NCBI GenBank assembly: GCA_965285935.1 | Contig: OZ260661.1 | Coordinates: forward strand, 100,068,001 to 100,132,000 | From: Ophelia neglecta | Taxonomy: Eukaryota | DNA length: 64,000 bases | Direction of reading: 5' to 3' | In this document: piece by piece, positions 35,352 to 64,000 of the stretch | Layout of the letters: each line of letters starts with the position of its first letter | Numbering within the stretch: the first letter of the stretch is position 1 | The notes under the pieces: model-generated | Told to the model about the DNA's origin: nothing | The model's input: the letters and a program-made list of their open reading frames with translations, nothing else | Database searches by the model: none | Translations under genes and position numbers: made by a program

Positions 35352-38300
35352 ATAGATACCTGAAGAATCTTATGGAGCAGTTTAACAAGGCAGCAGATGA
35401 TTGGATCAATAAGTTGTCTACTTTCGCAGATGGCAAAACAGTTTTCAGTATGTGGAACATGATGTCTAGAGTCACATTAGATGTCATAGGGGGGGTAAGT
35501 TTTAAGTCAGTATAGGACATGAGAAATGTGAATACTTCAAGCATTGATCTTATAGATTTTGAGTGCCCTTTAAGACATGGGCAATCACAGTGACCTAAAA
35601 TTCCATCAGGTGAAATTTTGGAGATCTCTTATCCTTTTTTGCTTTACTCTGCCCCTACATTACTTATAACAGTGAATAGCTGTACTTATATTATCTGGCA
35701 AACAGCATATAAACATGAACCTCGTGTTAATTTCGTTACACTATAAATACAGGTGGGCTTCCACATGCCTATTGATGCTGTAGAGGATGATGGAAATCCT
35801 TTCCCAGCTGCCATAACCAAAGTTCTGGAAGGTCTCTCAGCCCAGATGAAAGATCCCTTCATACTGGTAAGCTACAGGGAATTAATACTGCCCGATTTTT
35901 CCTTAGATGACAAACACAACTGCCAATATTGCACCCCAGTAGCCGCAGGAAGCTTAAGTTGCATCATTAAAGAACAAAAGGATTTAATCATCAGTGGTCA
36001 AGCTTGATGGAACAATTGCACCAAAATCCTGATTTGATTTTGATATAAGCTAACACTTGCAGTATTCCCCCTAAGTGCCTGTAATCTTGGACATGTCATT
36101 AGGCCACATTTATACCACAGATGAGAGCAGCTAGCTGTAAATGTGGGAAAGCTTTATAGTTTTTAGGCCAATATGTTAAATATAATACTAGTGATTCCCT
36201 TCAGACACAGATGATAACATTATGTTTCTTTTTGGCTCATCAAAAATCTTTTAAGTGTTTGTATTGTTTCATTGAACTACACTTTACTATTGCACCAGCA
36301 CACTGGGACTATGTCAAAATGTGTTATCTTTTGTTTTCTCACAATGCAAAATTCATGCCAAGACATGTCAAGAATGTTTAATTTCATTTAGTAGTATAAA
36401 AGGATAGTAGTATGAAACATGTATATTTACATGAAGTGTTGCTTGTTGATTTGTTTGATCAGATTTAAAAGAAACAAATTTAGTAATGTAAGAAGGCTTT
36501 ACCACTTTGAGCTCCAAGGGCCTCTAAAATGATTCCTCATTTTGATGCCAAGGACCTCTAAAATCTGCTCTATATTTTACCTAGTATTCTATATTTATAA
36601 AAGTGCGCCAACCTCATTTCAGGCTCTATTTTGCTGGTCTTTGTTCCGTTTTGGAGATATTGGCCTGTCCATAATCTCTTCATTGTTAGTCAAAGAGATG
36701 AACTTTTTTTGGAAAATAAGCTTTTTCTTACAGCTCTTTACAGACATCAAATATCATGTCTGTATGGCGTCCAAAGTGCTAATTAAAATAACAACTTATT
36801 TAGGCGATTTTTTATTTTTTACTGACCACAAACATAAATTTATAAGGTAAACTACAATGGTTTGGCTTTCAAAGTTAATCCTGTTTTTCCAGTACCGATG
36901 GAGTAGGAGAATGTTTGTTAGGAAGGTGAAGCAGTCAGCTCAGTTTCTCAGAGATAGGAGCAGGGTTGTGATTGAGACTAGACTAGACAAGCTGGAGAGA
37001 GGAGAGCCAGTCCCAGATGATATACTTACTTTTATCATCCATTCTCTGAGTAGGTAATTTACATTTAATATACATGTATGTAGATTTAAGATGTGCTGCA
37101 ACCATCTTGCATTACCAGCTGATCCCAGCCTGTTACTGGCAAGACCTGATTATCCATTAAAGTATCATTATTATTCATAAATTTTGATTTTTTTATGTCT
37201 AGCTTGTACTGTGACACATTTGAAAGAATATTGGAATCACAGCCTGGCCCAATATCATTAAACAAGGGTGTTTGGGCACTGGATGGATCATATATTTTTA
37301 GTTCCTGCCCCCGGAAGGGGGGTTCAGGGGAATAATGTTTAGGCTGTGTCCATCCCTTCGTCACGCAGAGCATCCAGGGCTATAACTGTGAAACTATAAA
37401 TTTTGGTCTAGGAAACCTAATAAGTGATTTCATCATGGTACTGGTATGCAGCGCATGACTTTTGAACTTGTCTTTTATTTCAACCCCTGTTTAGATACCA
37501 CCTCTCATATAAGGCAACTGACTTGCTGGTCTCGCCTAAGGGATTCCACTGTTATCCAAGATACACACAGCTTAGTCCATGCGTGATGTACATGTCTAAT
37601 ATTGACTTTCTTTCCAGGAGCACTTCCTGACATGACAATAGAAGACATGGTGGATGATTTTGTAACTCTTTTTATTGCTGGCCAGGAGACTACTGCGAAT
37701 GCCCTCTCCTTCCTCTTAGCTGAGGTAGGAAGAAGACCTGAAATACATGACAAGTAAGACAGCTGTATGTTACTGCCAATGTAATGTTGTCTGCACTACT
37801 GTTAGTTTTCGTCTGTTTCAAATATGTCCTATGATTAAAACATTGGCTATTTTGTATGTTGCATTATCAACCTTTCTTGCTTCAGATTGGTATCTGAGAT
37901 AGACAGAGTAGTGGAGGACAGAAATCAAGTGACTTTTGATGATCTTGCCAAACTAGGGTACTGTGGTCAGGTTTTCAAGGAGGCACTGAGGATGTACCCC
38001 CCAGCCCCAGGCACGGCTAGGAATATCCCAGAGGACACCGTCATAGAGGGCTTCTGCCTTCCCAAAGACTCCTTCATTGTGGTGGGTCAATTAAGTCATG
38101 CTACTGATATAAATACAAGTTTAAATCAACACAATAGAGGATTTAAGCTGTGGAATTATGACCCAGCTAGGTGGCATATTACAGTCACAGCATTAATATA
38201 TTTCCATTTTCAGATATCATTTTATATACTGCATAGACTTCCACAGAATTATCGTGACCCAGAGCAATTTTTACCAGAACGCTGGGATCCTGGTCAACCA

Positions 38301-39314
38301 AAGTTTGTAGTCTGATATATATATATATATATATATATAAATATCTATAGAAAATAAACTGTTATTATTTCTATACTGTTGATGTAAAGTGATGACTCTA
38401 AAGTGGATAATTGTTGATCAAAATAGTCATTTCAACGATACTGTATTTATCCGTTAATCAGTTTATACTGACTTTCAATTTGCATTTGTTAATAGGCCTT
38501 TATTTTCTTCCCAGACCAGCTTTCACCTACATGCCTTTCTCACATGGACACAGATTATGTGCTGGGAGAGATTTTGCTAAGGTACTTTTTTTGGCCTTAA
38601 ATTAGCCCAGGTGTAAATGTAAGTACTACCTGAACATGTACAATGTTGGTGGTATTCATTTACACATTTTCATTAACTGGTTATGCACATGGTGAAACTT
38701 AAATATGCATAATTATACATGTATTGTATATATTTGTAGTCTTGTACATGTACATATATGTTAATTTAATACCTTTACTTGTTCACCAACAAAGGTTCTC
38801 CCAGTTTTACATGCATATGCATGCCAATTTAGTTCCAAATTGATGTATAAAATGTAAGGTTTTGCCAACATGGTATAATTTCCTTAGAAGCTTTATAATT
38901 TGAGCATTCCATAGGTACTGTGTTTAGCTACCTATGGAATATCAGACAGTTGCCATGGTTACTGTACTTGTTTTCCACTTAATATGACCTCATTAATGGC
39001 AAGGTAACATATTATTGACAAAAGTCAACATTTGCAATGAAAGGGTTAATCATCGCTTGGTCCAGAAACATGAAAAAAATGAACATGTTGCCAATGATAA
39101 ATTGCATTCATGGATCTTTTCTCATAAAAAATGATTTCAATCAATAAAGGTTAACCATTCTTTGATTTATTTTCAGATTGAGGCTAAAGTTCTGCTATGT
39201 AAATTTTTCCAAAAGTTTCGATTTGAACTGGACACAAATCAGTCTTTTGATATCCAGGAAACAACAACTCTGAGACCCAAAGGTGGATGTATGATGAAAA
39301 TATGGCCAAGGTGA
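31449..39314 (+). CDS. CYP46A1: Cytochrome P450, CYP46 clan (cholesterol 24-hydroxylase-like), 13 exons, 497 aa
   Basis: Exons 31449-31585, 32192-32269, 32768-32849, 33188-33261, 34916-35002, 35356-35494, 35753-35866, 36893-37049, 37618-37753, 37886-38081, 38214-38302, 38515-38581, 39177-39314; total 1494 nt, open frame. N-terminal membrane anchor then HLPGP, WHKRR (C-helix), FIAGQETT (I-helix), EALR (K-helix), PERW and heme motif FSHGHRLCAG. Exon sizes 82/74/87/139/89/67 match recalled human CYP46A1 exons. One-to-one orthology and substrate are not established. Confidence 0.88.
33605..33780. repeat. Short tandem repeats (ATGTGGATGAAAGATG-like followed by GAATCAAT/GAGT-like)
   Basis: Directly visible in CYP intron 4. 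Confidence 0.8.
33818..34045. mobile_element. MITE (~228 bp) in CYP intron 4
   Basis: TIR core GGGTCTACACTAA (33821-33833) / TTAGTGTAGACCC (34030-34042); CATCT is present on both flanks (33813-33817 and 34046-34050) as a possible target-site duplication. Confidence 0.75.
35317..35349. repeat. (TA)n microsatellite abutting the CYP exon 6 acceptor
   Basis: The TA run ends a few nt before the acceptor TAG (35353-35355). Confidence 0.95.
38315..38338. repeat. (TA)n microsatellite
   Basis: Directly visible, just downstream of the CYP exon 11 donor. Confidence 0.9.
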
Positions 39315-39916
39315 TGGTAGAAGAAATGACTTTCAGAATCTTCTCAGGTCAGCCATATAACCAAACAGTGTTGTCCTGTCAAACTATTCTCGTTGGATAC
39401 AAATTTTGAAAAACAAAATGCAAAAAGCGGCTCCATATCAATATATATATATAAATGTTTAAATTAAAAATGTCGTATATTTCTGATATGAAAAACTGAT
39501 GATGTCCATTTGGTGAAATACGTATGATTTTGATATGTGTGCCAATTTTAAATCATGTTATCCTGAAAGACAGGATTTAGACAAATGCAGGAGCGCTATC
39601 TATACTATTGATATTGCACTTAAAATGTAAAATTGATTTCCAAGATAACAAATGATGTAATAGAATAGAAAAAGGTATTTAAAGAAAGTACCATAACTGT
39701 TTTACTGTTAATGATCTTAGTGTATCAGGGGTAACAGTTTAAATGCTGACAATCTATTTTTCTAGTCATGTTGATATTGTGTTGTTATTTTCTACCCTGT
39801 GCATTAATTAATGACCCTTCCTTTAGTGTTGTAGTGGTAATCAATTAAATTGGGATTAGGGGTGGTATATTTTGACCCCTTGACCAATTGTTGATCTCGC
39901 AGTGGTGAAAATGACA

Positions 39917-39922
39917 AATAAA
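39917..39922 (+). terminator. Candidate poly(A) signal of the CYP46A1-like gene
   Basis: AATAAA about 600 nt after the stop codon at 39314. Confidence 0.55.
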
Positions 39923-39946
39923 GAACGTCAATTATGGAAGTATCGT

Positions 39947-39952
39947 TTTATT
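39947..39952 (-). terminator. Candidate poly(A) signal of PEX6
   Basis: TTTATT on + (AATAAA on -) about 610 nt after the PEX6 stop codon at 40562. Confidence 0.55.
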
Positions 39953-40115
39953 ACAGATATTATAGATTCATTATCAAAATATACAAAGAGTATTTGACAC
40001 TGACTAGGAATTAACCTTAAATTCATATCCTATGAAACCAAAATATGAATAATAATCAAAACCATTACCAATTTCAGACAAAATTAATAGATACTGTTTG
40101 CCCCTCTCCCTCCAG

Positions 40116-40138
40116 ACACACACACACACACACACACA
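40116..40138. repeat. (CA)n microsatellite in the inferred PEX6 3' UTR
   Basis: Directly visible. Confidence 0.9.
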
Positions 40139-40561
40139 TCTCCTGAATCCCCCAACAAATGAAAGCCTGTGCTTTTTTTTAGGAAATATTTAATGAAAAT
40201 GGCACACTGGCCAAAGCAACAATTTAACAAGCTGATTTAAATCACATATACCCTACAGGGGAAAAGAAAAGTAAACATTTCTTGTCTACTTGTTTATATA
40301 CAAACATCACAAGATAAACTTATGCAGACATAGTGGCTTAGTCTTATTTCCCTGAAATTTAAAAATCGCATCCACAAAGGGACATCCACGAGTCTGGCCA
40401 CACAAAGTAGCATAAGTTATAGGGTCTCCTTGGTTGGGTAAAATACATTTCCCATGCTTAAATGCTTATATTTGCTAATGTAAGAGTTTCTAAAGACCTG
40501 TTCATGTACATATGCTATTGAAATGTCCATGCATATATGCACTCCCAACAAGTAATGCCAT

Positions 40562-48848
<8,287 letters not shown>

Positions 48849-48993
48849 ACTTGTTTTGGTCTGGTCAAGGTACCTTACCCAGAATTCCCAACTGTCAAGC
48901 ATGCTTCCGGTGTTTACGATTGCTGAAGACAGCTAAAAATTTACCACACGTTACAAGTCTTTGTATCATCCTCTTCATAATTTGATAAGCATC
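48849..48993. promoter_or_regulatory. Compact bidirectional promoter, PEX6 / ERCC2
   Basis: 145 nt between the PEX6 ATG (48848, -) and the ERCC2 ATG (48994, +). Contains an ETS core CTTCCGG (48904-48910), Fox-like TGTTTAC (48911-48917) and Staf/ZNF143-like TACCCAGAATTCC (48876-48888). Confidence 0.7.
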
Positions 48994-62886
<13,893 letters not shown>

Positions 62887-64000
62887 GTAATATAGAGTCA
62901 CACACAGTGAGAGGAGTCTGCTCATCCTGACCTCACATCTGGCCTTCTTGAAATAAAGAAACACCGAGTTGACCGTAATTGAAAGCTGACAAGGATAATG
63001 ATTTATCTAAGAAAAGGAGAAGAACCAACCCTTTATTTGCTATCCAATTATTCGCCAGATTTATTGAAAGAGAGAGAGAGATCCTAATTGGCATGGGAAT
63101 AAAGGTCATTTACCAAATAATTGAGATGTTTTCAGGCCAATTTCATAAAAATGCCACAAGTCTGTAGGAAAAATATCTTTGAGGCCATAGCTCATCCAGA
63201 AATTAATCAGCTTTGCTTCTTGTACATGTCAGCAAACACTTAACACAAGGCCATCATTTTTCCCACAATTTGATTTCTTGTTGAGAATCGGCCAGCCAAC
63301 AAGTTTGTTAAATCAGGAGTTCAATAGTGGCTATGTAACTTTGACTGGATGAGGGATTGATTCATCTATCTACAAGCCTAGGAAGACAAATTGCTGAGTG
63401 GAATATCGGATAAAGGGGGATTTTCTGGCAAACCTGCAGCCTAATATGGTACTGATGGGCAGGCTAATTGATGGCAAATGAGCCAGGGTGCTTAATGTAT
63501 GACTGCTCCTTTTCCAATCTTTGGCCATGTTTTCAGCCTTTGTTCTTGAGTGTTTCCTCAATCATTAATGACAATTGTGTCTTAAATTACAAAATGGCAT
63601 TTTTGCAGGAAGGCTAGAGATACATAGATATACTTAAATCATTATAAGACCAACTAAAATCATTTTATTAAGATATTTGGGTGTGCCCTAGCATAATTGC
63701 ATGAAAACAGTGTATTTGGTAATTGAAGGCTTGCATACATGATTATATAAAAGGAAGTGTTTTACTTTAATACCTAAATCCAGGCAAGCTACTTTCTTAT
63801 CCATCACTCCCTTAAGTTAGTATTCTTGATAAATGCTCTTCTCATCAACCACATCTTTAGCAAGTTCCCTTTATTAATAGTGTCTGTATTAGAGAAATGT
63901 CCCCTCGTTGCCTGCTATCTCCTGGTTTCCATCCCCACCACCATTGTATCTAGCTGGCATGTCTTGAATCTCTGTAGAATGGAAATGTCTAAGCCACTGG

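Overview
This is AT-rich, intron-containing DNA from an animal, most likely a marine invertebrate; the species cannot be determined from sequence alone. Four spliced genes were rebuilt by hand from GT-AG junctions and reading-frame phase. They form two head-to-head pairs: MIPOL1 (-, runs off the left edge) with a CYP46A1-like P450 (+, 13 exons, 497 aa), and PEX6 (-, 18 exons, about 1098 aa) with ERCC2/XPD (+, runs off the right edge). The CYP and PEX6 genes end tail-to-tail with adjacent poly(A) signals. The ORF track is mostly noise because the exons are short. Main observations: (1) a frame-compatible series of predicted micro-exons scattered through a 13-kb stretch of MIPOL1; (2) the 5-nt first coding exon of ERCC2 lies only 145 bp from the PEX6 start codon; (3) a 3.2-kb internally deleted Helitron with both termini intact sits in ERCC2 intron 1, and its CpG-rich 5' end mimics an ERCC2 promoter; (4) a Helentron/HINE-type element carries a trimeric higher-order satellite; (5) MIPOL1 introns contain enhancer-like Pbx-Hox/Meis motif clusters. 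No tRNA, rRNA or CRISPR features were seen. Comparisons to human genes are from memory and need database confirmation.
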